From: an uncultured bacterium
GTDB taxonomy: Bacteria; Babelota; Babeliae; Babelales; Babelaceae
DNA: 64,000 nt
NCBI GenBank assembly: GCA_963713855.1
Contig: OY970209.1
Coordinates: forward strand, 64,001 to 128,000
Direction: 5' to 3'
The position numbers and the translations under genes were made by a program. The notes beneath the pieces were generated by a model. The model worked only from the letters and a program-made list of their open reading frames with translations. It was not told where the DNA came from and did not search any database. This document shows, piece after piece, positions 44,491-54,408 of the stretch (the first letter of the stretch is position 1; every line of letters starts with the position of its first letter).

Positions 44491-44853
44491 TTAAAGGCCA
44501 ACTTTCCACCCTAAAAGAAATCCTATAAAGAATGCCACCACAGCTGGTACATGCTCCTGTGTCCATGCTTTAAGAAAAACGTTAAGCTCGGTCAGTGAAT
44601 TAAATGCTGGCATTCCTACAAAAGCATGCAGCTGCTCCTGATGAATACTTATGATATGAAGCGATTCTGCAAACCATAAAATACCCACGCTTACTAAAAG
44701 CCCAATAAGAAGATAGCGGCCTAAGCTTTTGAGTAAAAATCCTAAACCAAAACCGAGAGGACCAAAAATTACTATATCAGCAACATAAGGCGGATATCCC
44801 TCAAACTTGGTTACCAGTGAATTATACCAATCGACCGCTGCATGCTTTGCCAT
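44491..44853 (-). CDS. Small membrane protein, possibly FUN14-like
   Basis: Gly-rich TM helices GFGLGFLLK and FFIGFLLGWK. Confidence 0.55.
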   Translation of the reverse strand: MAKHAAVDWYNSLVTKFEGYPPYVADIVIFGPLGFGLGFLLKSLGRYLLIGLLVSVGILWFAESLHIISIHQEQLHAFVGMPAFNSLTELNVFLKAWTQEHVPAVVAFFIGFLLGWKVGL

Positions 44854-44949
44854 AGACAGGAACTCCCTAAGAAAGTTAGAAAAAAGACGCTTAGATTAAG
44901 CGGCTAAGCGTCTCTTTCCTGTATACTGAACGTATTGTACGAACAATAC

Positions 44950-45228
44950 TTAATGAATTGAAACGAGGTCGCGTAAAGCTTTACCAGGTTTGAACTTTGC
45001 AACCTTTTTCGCAGGTATTTGCATCTTTTGCTTAGAAGCAGGATTGATACCCATTCTGCTTTTTCTCTTAGCAACGCTAAAAGTTCCAAAACCTGTCAAA
45101 ACCACCGATTTGCCACCTTTAAGCGTTTGACCAACCGTTTTGATAAACGATTCAATCGCTTTTTTGCAAGTAGCTTTTGGCAGCTTGGACATTTTGTGCA
45201 TCTGCTCGATTAATTTTGCTTTATTCAT
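44950..45228 (-). CDS. hup: DNA-binding protein HU
   Basis: MNKAKLI, GFGTF, RMGINP, KFKPGKALRD. Confidence 0.95.
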   Translation of the reverse strand: MNKAKLIEQMHKMSKLPKATCKKAIESFIKTVGQTLKGGKSVVLTGFGTFSVAKRKSRMGINPASKQKMQIPAKKVAKFKPGKALRDLVSIH

Positions 45229-45268
45229 AGCAATAACCCTTTAGTCAACAAATGATACTCTGCTTCTC

Positions 45269-45353
45269 TGGTGCCGAGAGCCGGACTCGAACCGGCACGG
45301 AGTTACCCGAAGGATTTTAAGTCCTTTGCGTCTACCACTTCCGCCACCTCGGC
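45269..45353 (-). tRNA. tRNA-Leu(UAA)
   Basis: GCCGAGGTGGCGGAAGTGGTAGACGCAAAGGACTTAAAATCCTT...GGTTCGAGTCCGGCTCTCGGCACCA, long variable arm. Confidence 0.96.
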
Positions 45354-45360
45354 TTTTGCC

Positions 45361-45434
45361 TGGAGGCGGCACCCGGATTCGAACCGGGGATCAGGGTTTT
45401 GCAGACCCTTGCCTTACCACTTGGCTATGCCGCC
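45361..45434 (-). tRNA. tRNA-Cys(GCA)
   Basis: GGCGGCATAGCCAAGTGGTAAGGCAAGGGTCTGCAAAACCCTGATCCCCGGTTCGAATCCGGGTGCCGCCTCCA. Confidence 0.97.
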
Positions 45435-45439
45435 CAATC

Positions 45440-45960
45440 AATTATTTTATTCCGTAATACAGTCATTCCCGCTTTATCGGCATTTTCTATTTCATCTTTT
45501 AAGACTCTCAGACATCCATCAGCTTTACGTCTGCAGGTGCTCCATGAGGTGTTGCTGTCCGACATTTGCCAAATATCCTTCTTTAGCGGATCCCTCAAAG
45601 GAAATCCTTTCTGCTTCCATTCAGCTGTGCCGCCTTCATAAGCAAATACATCTAGAAAACCCATTTTTTGAAGTCTGACGGGCAGCTTCGGCACTGGCGC
45701 GCACATATAATTGGCGCAATAGACTACAATACGAGTTTCTTATTCCCAACCTTGAGGATGATTGTTCAAGCTTGTCAAAGGTACATTGATTGATCCCTTA
45801 ATATGAGCATCCGCATATGCAGCGAGGGACTCAAGAACATTGACCACCATTAGTCGTTGCTTTGCCTGGCTGATATCTTCTTGACTTCCCAACAACCAAA
45901 AGAATACAAAGACCAAACACAGCAAGCTGTAACTAAAGAACTAAAAATCCTCACAAGCAT
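45440..45960 (-). pseudogene. Rhodanese-domain protein, multiply frameshifted (ends approximate)
   Basis: YADAHIKGSINVP in one frame; IVVYCANYMC and KMGFLDVFAYEGGTAEW in another. Confidence 0.7.
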
Positions 45961-46043
45961 TATACCTGCTGATATACGCTTTTGGTTGCTTACTTTATCA
46001 CAAATATATACATCTGCAAGTTTTTATTAGCAAATTTATTCTC

Positions 46044-46910
46044 CTATTTAACTTGCTGGAAGCATCGGCTCCAACGTATACGCTTCCAGAAGTCGATAGG
46101 ATGCTTAATAAGGTCAATGATCCACCAGTTTTCAGTACTATCAATAGACCACAACCTATAAACTATCCGTCCATGGATTAGTTTGCCGGGAAGACTACCA
46201 AAACTACGAGAGTCCGAACTATTGAGTCTGTTATCGCCCATAACAAAGTAGTCATCGGGACCAAGGTTGAGCTCAAAAATATCCTCCGCTTCACCAGTTG
46301 GTGTACCAGGATAACGCATAACCATTTTTCCGTCATGCGTCACAATAGCTGCGGGATTGATGCGATAAAAAGGCTGCTTATCCCAAGCATAAGAAGGATC
46401 GAATGAGCGCATATCAACATGCCCTTTTTGACCGTTTCTCCAAACACCGATCAATGGATACTTATTTAGGTACGGCTCTGAAAGCTTAGAACCATTAAGG
46501 TATACAACCGGTTTTCCATCTTCTATTCGGCCTTTGATATGATCACCCGGAATAGCGATAATCCGTTTTGTAAGATTGATAGGTCCCCATACATACCTTT
46601 GAAACCAGTTTTTTAACGGGTTAGTAGAATAACGAAATGAAGGGTCGTTAACGGTAATAATTTCGCCACGTAAAGGAGGCCTGAACCAATAGGTGAGCTT
46701 GTCGCCCAAAAAGCGCTCGCCTACCAACATGGTAGTTTCCATAGATCCTGTAGGCACTTGATAGAGGCCATAGATAAAGGTTCGTATGAGAAACGCTGCG
46801 AGAATCAGAATTAAGAACTGGTTTACGCTATGTATAAAACCGTGCAGACCGCTTTGCTGCTTTTTATGTGTATCTCGCTTTCTATCAAACATGTTTTCCT
46901 TTCTTTCCAA
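46044..46910 (-). CDS. lepB: Signal peptidase I
   Basis: VPTGSMETT, TKRIIAIPGD, YFVMGDNRLNSSDSR. Confidence 0.95.
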   Translation of the reverse strand: MERKENMFDRKRDTHKKQQSGLHGFIHSVNQFLILILAAFLIRTFIYGLYQVPTGSMETTMLVGERFLGDKLTYWFRPPLRGEIITVNDPSFRYSTNPLKNWFQRYVWGPINLTKRIIAIPGDHIKGRIEDGKPVVYLNGSKLSEPYLNKYPLIGVWRNGQKGHVDMRSFDPSYAWDKQPFYRINPAAIVTHDGKMVMRYPGTPTGEAEDIFELNLGPDDYFVMGDNRLNSSDSRSFGSLPGKLIHGRIVYRLWSIDSTENWWIIDLIKHPIDFWKRIRWSRCFQQVK

Positions 46911-47846
46911 TAAGCAACAAGAGTGGGTCTATAGGAACGTCTCCCAAAAAGACCTCAAAATGAAGGTGCGAACCATCTCCGCCTTTGCTCGGCCGCACAT
47001 GACCAGTATTTCCAACAGTACCAATAAGAGCATTCTTTGCAACAAAATCACCAGCTTTGACACTCATAGTATCAAGATGAGCATAGCGCGTTTTTGTCTG
47101 ACATGCATGGACTATAAGCACCATATTGCCATAACCTTTGTGGTAGAACGCTGTGATCACTTTACCCGAAGCTGCAGCTTTTACTGGTGTACCCCTTGCT
47201 GTTGCAAAATCGCAACCGGCATGAAAACCGATTTTACCGTCGGGATTTTTACGTGGTCCGAAATGCGAGCTAATCCGGAACTTACACGTCTCATCCAGAG
47301 GCCATGCAAAAAACTTTTCTTCTCGGAGCTCATTAATGCCCTTTCTTTTTATATTCTTATAATGAACAGCACTTTGTACTAAAGGGGTATTCTTTTTTGC
47401 CGGCAGCTCTTTTGGTGGATGAGGTCGATTATGTGCCGTAAGTGGCTTTTTTTGAACCTTTTTTGGCTTATTAACGCTAACCGATTCCTGTTGCTCATAC
47501 AGTTTTTTTAAAGAGCGCTCAAGATTTTTTTGTTGACCAAAAGCGATTGCCTCTTTTTTAATGTGCTCAGCCTGCCGATTTAAAACGAGCAATGAAGCTC
47601 TTACAGGATTACCTTTTTTTCTTCAGCCTCTGGCAAAGGTGCTTTAAGCTCTTGGTGGTTTTTACGCTTAAGTATTTGAAGACACGTTTGATAGTGGCTT
47701 TTTATGCGTATTAGTTCGTGAACTTGTTGACGAAAAAATCGGTATTCAACAACCAAGCAGACACTTACACACGTCATACTTATTACAAAAAGGAAGGCGA
47801 AAACCGAATATAACCAGCCAAAATCTTTTTTCATGCAAGTGCGCAA
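46885..47846 (-). CDS. M23 family peptidase; N-terminal anchor ORF (47601-47846) joins catalytic ORF (46885-47592) by a -1 shift
   Basis: HAGCDF (HxxxD), YAHL, HLHFEV; shift site GAA AAA AAG at 47613-47621. Confidence 0.8.
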
Positions 47847-48074
47847 AGCTCCTGTTTGCAGGTACTATCGATCTTTTCGAGTTATCCACTTAAAGCCGAT
47901 ACCGTCATAGAGTATCAAAAAAATAAATGGAGCACTAGAGATAGCACTCCAAACTCGAGGCCTCAGTATACCGCAAAAGAAAAAAGTTCCAAAATTTCTA
48001 AAGCTGCAAGCACAAGAAACATCGACAAAAAGCAAATATTTTGCTATTATTGCGATAGTACATTTTGAGGAATT

Positions 48075-48323
48075 TTGATGGTTATTGTAGTGCTACCTAC
48101 GGCTTTCCTGGCTCTTATAAGCCTAGGAGTAATGTTACTTGTTGGGCTATTGTGGAGCATCGGTTTTTGGCTTATTCTTGGCGTAGCGGTTGCAGCAGCA
48201 TGGATTTTGGGGTTTCCGCTCGTTCTATTAAGTGGCATTATAGTTGGAATTACGTGCATACCCATACCACTGCTAGTGCTTGCTATAGTTGGTATTTTCC
48301 TCATGCGAAAAAGGCGAAGTTAA
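48075..48323 (+). CDS. Small hydrophobic membrane protein
   Basis: GAGGA RBS, almost fully hydrophobic, basic tail MRKRRS. Confidence 0.55.
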   Translation: MMVIVVLPTAFLALISLGVMLLVGLLWSIGFWLILGVAVAAAWILGFPLVLLSGIIVGITCIPIPLLVLAIVGIFLMRKRRS

Positions 48324-49045
48324 TCCTTATTCCGCTCTAAAAACCATGCATACACTCTGTCTGAAAAACTTTGAATAGTATCTTGAGTCTGCCAATACAT
48401 AGGTTTTCCAATCGTTGCGCCAATCGGTTTTGGATAAAACCATACACTTCGCGGTGGACGTACGACGCCTGTATTATGTAAAAAAACTGGAATAACTGGA
48501 TAGTCAGTTTTTTGGGCAATAAGCGCAAAGCCCCTTAAAAAAGGATGTACGTTCCCATCCACGTATCGACCACCTTCTGGAAAAATGAGAAGATGGCAGC
48601 CATATTTTTGTGAACGAGCAATCCCATTTAGTAATGCTTTGCCTGCTTTTATAGGATTTTCCGGGTCAACAAAGATACCCATCCTTTTTGCAAAAAATCC
48701 CAAAAGTGGCGTTGAACGCAATGATTCTATAACATACCAAATATGGGCATGTCCATTCATGAGAGAACCCAAAAGCGGTATATCAAGCGAAGATTCGTGA
48801 TTAGCAACAAAAATGGTAGGCCGGTCAAGAAGATTGTCACTTCCCGTCACTGTTATCTTCACCCCTAACGTATATAAAAACCCTTTATACGTTTTATGTA
48901 AAAACCAAAAAAGAAGTTTGTTGTAACGATACCGTTCAGGTAAGAAAGAAAGAAAAAGGCACGGCACAAAAAAAATGAGCATCATGAGCACCATTGCTAG
49001 ATAAATGGCTATAACGCGAAAAAAACTAAGGGCACCTTTAAGCAT
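48320..49045 (-). CDS. plsC: 1-acyl-sn-glycerol-3-phosphate acyltransferase
   Basis: ANHESSLD (NHxxxxD), IFPEGGR, PVIPV. Confidence 0.88.
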   Translation of the reverse strand: MLKGALSFFRVIAIYLAMVLMMLIFFVPCLFLSFLPERYRYNKLLFWFLHKTYKGFLYTLGVKITVTGSDNLLDRPTIFVANHESSLDIPLLGSLMNGHAHIWYVIESLRSTPLLGFFAKRMGIFVDPENPIKAGKALLNGIARSQKYGCHLLIFPEGGRYVDGNVHPFLRGFALIAQKTDYPVIPVFLHNTGVVRPPRSVWFYPKPIGATIGKPMYWQTQDTIQSFSDRVYAWFLERNKD

Positions 49046-49715
49046 AATAGATGCCCTCTTGATAGACTCTGCGAAGATACAAAGTGGTTAGAGCACCTGC
49101 ATAAAAGGGAAGATACAAAAGGCTTGCAAGCACAAACAAAAACGTATTTTCAACACCCAAAAAACTCAAAAGCACTATAATAAGCCATGAGCTGAATACC
49201 CTAAAAGCCTCTACAAGAACGATGGCAGGGTAATTATAGAGTAAAAAATAGGCAGCGTGATGCAGTGCTTTAAGGTACGCTTTAAATTGAAACGATGCAT
49301 CAGCTAAAAAAAGGAGCAGTAAGCTCAAAAAAGCAAATCCATGAGCTTTTAAAACAAGCATTCCCGGCCACATAAAGTCGGAGGTGCTCGTGATAAATGG
49401 CATAATCAAAATCGCATAAGGCGCGAGAAAGAAGAATGATTTGATAATAAAATAGGACATGCTTTTAGGAGCTATAGAGGAACGGGCGGCAAGAAAAAGG
49501 ATACACAAAAAAGCCCCGTAAAAAAATAATCCCCCCCAGCTCAACCATGCTGCAACAAGAAAACCAAGCCATAACCAAGTCACTTTATTAAGAAGTACCG
49601 AAATGAGCTTATATCCAACTTTAAGCACGCTTACTAAAAAACTATGTAATTCGCTTCTTTTAAATAAAGCTAAAACGTCTTTCCAGGCAAGAATAATCTT
49701 AGAATGAGTCATCAC
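49038..49715 (-). CDS. Hypothetical polytopic membrane protein
   Basis: 225 aa, several TM helices, overlaps plsC start. Confidence 0.6.
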   Translation of the reverse strand: MMTHSKIILAWKDVLALFKRSELHSFLVSVLKVGYKLISVLLNKVTWLWLGFLVAAWLSWGGLFFYGAFLCILFLAARSSIAPKSMSYFIIKSFFFLAPYAILIMPFITSTSDFMWPGMLVLKAHGFAFLSLLLLFLADASFQFKAYLKALHHAAYFLLYNYPAIVLVEAFRVFSSWLIIVLLSFLGVENTFLFVLASLLYLPFYAGALTTLYLRRVYQEGIYYA

Positions 49716-49866
49716 CGCTTGTACCTCTTTTTGGCTCTAGTATACCAAGCAACGTTAGCTTCTTGAAAGATCCAATTTCATTTCTGACGACCAAAAAATT
49801 CTGATCCTGGGCTCGAAGGCTCGCCTAATCCAGGGTCTCATTGTTTACAATAGGGCAGAATGTCCA

Positions 49867-51501
49867 TCATTCTTTTCTTTGATAGCTTAGATAATCCCTA
49901 TTAATAAGCCCTAGCGAAACTAATGTTCCACGCCTATACATAATCAACCAGTCGCTCAAATTTCCCGGCACAGGAAAATCACGCTCTGTCGCAAGTAAGT
50001 TGGCTAAAGCTCTAGAAACAAACTCTTCTCTTTCGTGGTGCTCATACATTTCATTATTATCGAGAAATGTTCTGAGCATAAAGCAGATCTTTGTAAATAG
50101 GCAATTCAAGTCCTCGTGAGTTATAACGTTGTCTTCTTCTCTTTGCCCAGGATTAAGCATCGCCTGAAAGACACGATCTTCCCAGACTCTTTCGCTTCCC
50201 AAAAATCTTTCAAATTGATCCCGTTCTTCTACCGACAGTGACCTTATACTATAATGAAATTCTGGATGTGGCGCTGTTTCTCGAACTTCGTGAATCCGAT
50301 CTTTTTTTATAAAGACGAATTCGCCACCGCTATCAAAGCTTTCATCGAGATCTAGTCTCGTAGTATTCAGTCCAACAGGAGCTCCGTCTGATTGATCAAA
50401 TAACGGGTCAAATACCGTATCAAAGTTTTCTGTCTTTTCAGTTTCCTCCACATATCGCGCAATATCGGAAACTGCCATTTTATCAGCTGCTCTTTCGTTT
50501 CTTTGATTTTTTTGCTCAATAGAATCTTGTGCTTCTTTTTGTTCTTGCATAATACTGCGCAGGCGAATATTCTTATCCGACAAGCGCTCCAGACGGCGTG
50601 CTTTAGCAATAAAAACCTCCTCAATCGAACTGGAGTCACTTTCACAAATGTCATTTACTAGTTTATGCATATCTGTGGGAAAAAACTGAGCATAAGGCCT
50701 GAGTAACAAGACCAGATAGTGCAGTATAGTAAATTCCAGCTTGAGCAATTTAATGTATTTGTGCCTTATATCCTCCGACAGCAAAGTGTGATTTTGAGAA
50801 AGTAGCTGTCTATTCTTTGCCATGCGATCGTTGATTACAGCAGCTTGTACCGCTGCCGCGAATATGTTGGGGTAAAGATCAAAATACGTTCTTATTAATA
50901 TCTGCCAAGTGAACTGGGCAGCGGCAAGGTCCGACCTAATACCTGGAATTCTGATCAGCCCTTTTTTTTGCAAGACTTGCCGAAGCATTTTAAGCAACAG
51001 AGCACTATAAACAAAAACGTCTTTCAAGCTTTTCAAGCGAACAAGCATGAGGTGTCGTGGTACTTGCATTAGCAGATGATCTGTTAAAGGGTTATCTTGA
51101 AGCAACGCTCTAGCCCAACGCGGTAGTTTAATTTTTTTTATCTGCAAAAACAGCTCAGTATCATTTCGGCTTACCGTAGGCAAAATAATAGGCAACGATT
51201 GCGTCCTGAGAAAAGCTGCCACCTGCTCTGGCAATAATTCAAACTCAATCAGCCCAGGATCTGCATAAAGAGTTATCTCACCAGTCGCGTTAGCAAAGTC
51301 TACGCCACCAAAAGCCTCGCGCAATTCAATACTAACCTCTCCCTCGGGAATTTGCATTTCTGGATCCCTGGGAGCATTTAAGGAAAAAGCTTCATTTATT
51401 TTTCGAACCATCTGATCGACAGTAACTATGTTGCCACAAAATAAAGGCTCACAGAAAAAGCAAACTATACTGAATGTAAAAAAAATTATTTTCATTACCA
51501 A
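49867..51501 (-). CDS. Secreted hypothetical protein with coiled coil
   Basis: 544 aa open frame, signal peptide. Confidence 0.65.
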   Translation of the reverse strand: MVMKIIFFTFSIVCFFCEPLFCGNIVTVDQMVRKINEAFSLNAPRDPEMQIPEGEVSIELREAFGGVDFANATGEITLYADPGLIEFELLPEQVAAFLRTQSLPIILPTVSRNDTELFLQIKKIKLPRWARALLQDNPLTDHLLMQVPRHLMLVRLKSLKDVFVYSALLLKMLRQVLQKKGLIRIPGIRSDLAAAQFTWQILIRTYFDLYPNIFAAAVQAAVINDRMAKNRQLLSQNHTLLSEDIRHKYIKLLKLEFTILHYLVLLLRPYAQFFPTDMHKLVNDICESDSSSIEEVFIAKARRLERLSDKNIRLRSIMQEQKEAQDSIEQKNQRNERAADKMAVSDIARYVEETEKTENFDTVFDPLFDQSDGAPVGLNTTRLDLDESFDSGGEFVFIKKDRIHEVRETAPHPEFHYSIRSLSVEERDQFERFLGSERVWEDRVFQAMLNPGQREEDNVITHEDLNCLFTKICFMLRTFLDNNEMYEHHEREEFVSRALANLLATERDFPVPGNLSDWLIMYRRGTLVSLGLINRDYLSYQRKE

Positions 51502-51617
51502 CCTTCAAACATAAAGCGCCCGCTTCGATGACAATGTCAAATCGAGAATTTTGTCTAAGTAATGTGATGCAATCGGATATATCATCTTTTAAAACTGTTG
51601 TTTTCCATTATGGTGGT

Positions 51618-53896
51618 TTAAAGCGAGCTATCTGCGGAAGTAGTCAGTGATTCATCGCCAAAGTTAACACTTCCCGCCCGATGTTTATGCAAGTACTTAT
51701 ACAGTAAGCAAGAAGTGACAGCGCCAGTTACCGCTAAGAGGCCAAATGCTACCGGAACCCCCACCGTCGTTCCTATAATAACGCCCAAAGGCAGATTACT
51801 ACCTCCATCTCCAGTTCCTGTACTTGTACCAAGCAACGGAAAGACTGAAACGTCATTTGATGCCTTATTTGCTGTTACAATAACCATATTTCCACTGCTT
51901 TCAAGAGGTGAAAAAGTTAATGCTTCATCATCACTCGACTGATCAGGCAAATAATAAGAAGTCCCCTGATCTAATATATCATTGATAGAGCTGAAAAGCG
52001 TAATACTATTGGAGCCGCTATTGGCCGTAGCAAGATAGGCCCCATTCGATGAGACCGCAATAAAAACTGGCTCAACAGCGCCTGCAGGTAATGGATAGGA
52101 TGTTCCAGCGCTTAACCTACCTACTTTTATAGGAAAAATTGTTATATCATTAGAGTCACTATTAGCGGTGGCAACAAGAAATTCACCGGTGCTCGTAGGC
52201 ACAAAGACAAGTGACCGAGGCTTTTTAGAACCAGCAGGCAGAACTTGAGATGCTATACTCTTCAACACCCCGTTTGTTGCATTAAAAAGCGTTACGTCAT
52301 TTGAAGCACTATTTGCCGTAGCAAGATACACACCATCAGAAGAAAAAGCGACTGCTACCGGATCCAAAGATCCTGCGGTAATCATAAGAGTGAGCATTCC
52401 CGTAGAGCTTGTCCAACGAACTTGAATATGGTCACATCGTTCGAATTACTATTTGCAAGAGCAAGATATGCATCGTCGGGCGAGAAATTAATTGAAGCAG
52501 GGTTGGATGAATTTGCAGGCAATGCATACGAAATACCACCTGTTAATTGCCCTCCGATCACTTTAAAAAGGGAGACATCATTGGATTTACTATTGGCAGT
52601 GGCTAGATACGACGCATTGTTTGAAAAAGCAAGATCGAACGGGAACAATGAGCCGGAAGGTAAAGGAAAAGATATTGCATTATTGAGCGTACTGTTCGCG
52701 TTCACCGTAAACAATGTTATATCGCTTGAGTTATAATTTGCTGTTGCAAGATACAAACCTATCTGGCAAAAAGTCACTGCGTCGGGTTCACTGATCCAGG
52801 TGGTAAAGGATAAGACCTCCGAGCTTGCTTGAAAACAAGCCAGAGCCGTAAAGACCGTTATGCTATTTGAATTGAAATTAGCAGTTGCCAAATACGCACC
52901 GGAAGGCGAAAAAGTTGCTGATTCTGGATAGGTGGAGCCAGAGGGTAAAGCATAAGAAGCAGCCCCGCTTAATACTCCTCCTGTTTGCACGTTAAATACT
53001 GTTACATCATTTGACTGAGCGTTAGCAGTAACCAAGTAAGTGTTCGAGGGCGAAAAGTTTACTGAGATAGGACCTAATGAACCAGCGGTAACGGATATGA
53101 AGCGCCATCATTCAAGGTTCCTCCTGCTTGCATGCTAAACACAGTGACATTAGCTGAAGTGCTATTAGCAGTTGCCAGATATGCACCAGATGGCGAAATT
53201 GCAATTGATTCCGGACCTGTCGAGCCAGCAGGTAAAGGGATAGGAAATACCGGTACTTAAAACTCCTCCTGTTCCCACCGTAAACACCGTAACATCATTG
53301 GAGAGGTCGTTAACAGTGACCAAATAATTGCCCGATGGTGAAAATGCTACTGAAGAGGCCCCGAGAAACTCCGGGCAAAGAATACGTCGTCCCTCCGCTT
53401 AATACTCCTCCTCCTACTGTAAATATGGTCACATTATTTGAAGGGCTATTAGCAGTGGCCAAATAATTGCCGGATGGGGAAAATGCCACTAACTGGGATC
53501 AGTAGGCCCCGAAGGTAAAGCATACGAGTCCCTCCGCTCAATACTCCGCCTGTCACGGTAAATATGGTGACATCGCTTGAGCTGGCATTGGCAGACACTA
53601 AGTAAGCACCTGAAGGCGAGAACTTTAGCGAAACAGACTGATTACTACCAGCTGGTAAAGATACGAGTACCGCACACTTAAGGTCCCCCCTGTTTCCACC
53701 GTAAACATTGTTACATAGGATGGATTGAAGGCGTTTGATGTAGCTAAATAGGTGCCTGAAGGCGAGAATGCTACTGTGGTAGGACCAGGCCCGCCGCTAA
53801 AGGGTAAGATATACCTGATTGCAGGGAACAAATAGCACCAGATTCTGAACTCATGAGAAGAGATGAGAGCAGGCTCAATACTATAGTAATTTTCAT
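51618..53896 (-). pseudogene. Multiply frameshifted beta-propeller repeat surface protein with C-terminal TM helix
   Basis: ATG at 53896 after GGGGAG, signal MKITIVLSLLSSLL; more than 10 repeats SYxLPxGSxxPxxxxFSPxGxYLATANxxSNDVT across several frames; TM then YKYLHKHR. Confidence 0.75.
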
Positions 53897-54319
53897 TATA
53901 CTCTCCCCGTTTTAGTTTGAGACCTGAGTACTGCGAATTGCTCCTAGCCCTTATCTCGTTTTAAAGCTTCTTCTTGCTCTTTAGACCCGCTAATCCATAG
54001 TCAATCTGTTGCCGCGAAACAGCGTGTAAAAAAAAGCATACTGCTGAAAGTAAAAAAAATTACGAGCTTATCTACCAAACAAACTTTATTCGCTTGATAA
54101 TAATATCAAATGGGATCATTGTCCACCGCAAATCTTTTTTTTAATAAGCAGAACTCGTTAGGCACGATGTGAGCTCAAAATTAAGCTTCTAACAAATAAA
54201 AGCCGCAAACTGACTCATGCGGACGCATATCTCAGAAAATCAACGAAGCTTCTAGACACGAAACCGTGTACTCAGAAAAGGCCTTCATTCAGCTCAAAAA
54301 ACGCTCTTTCTCTAGGTAT

Positions 54320-54349
54320 TTGACTTTTTGTCAATATTCATTTTACTAT
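54320..54349 (+). promoter_or_regulatory. Putative topA promoter
   Basis: TTGACT-18-TACTAT; palindrome ttgac-5-gtcaa over the -35. Confidence 0.45.
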
Positions 54350-54408
54350 AAGACTAAAGAAAGTAATCGCACCATCTCTGGTGTATCGCTGTAGGATGAT
54401 ACGTAAGC

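Noticed and set aside
45271..45678. 135-aa plus-strand ORF
   Set aside because: Antisense to tRNA-Leu and tRNA-Cys
46786..47382. 198-aa plus-strand ORF
   Set aside because: Antisense to the M23 peptidase and lepB, no recognisable motifs
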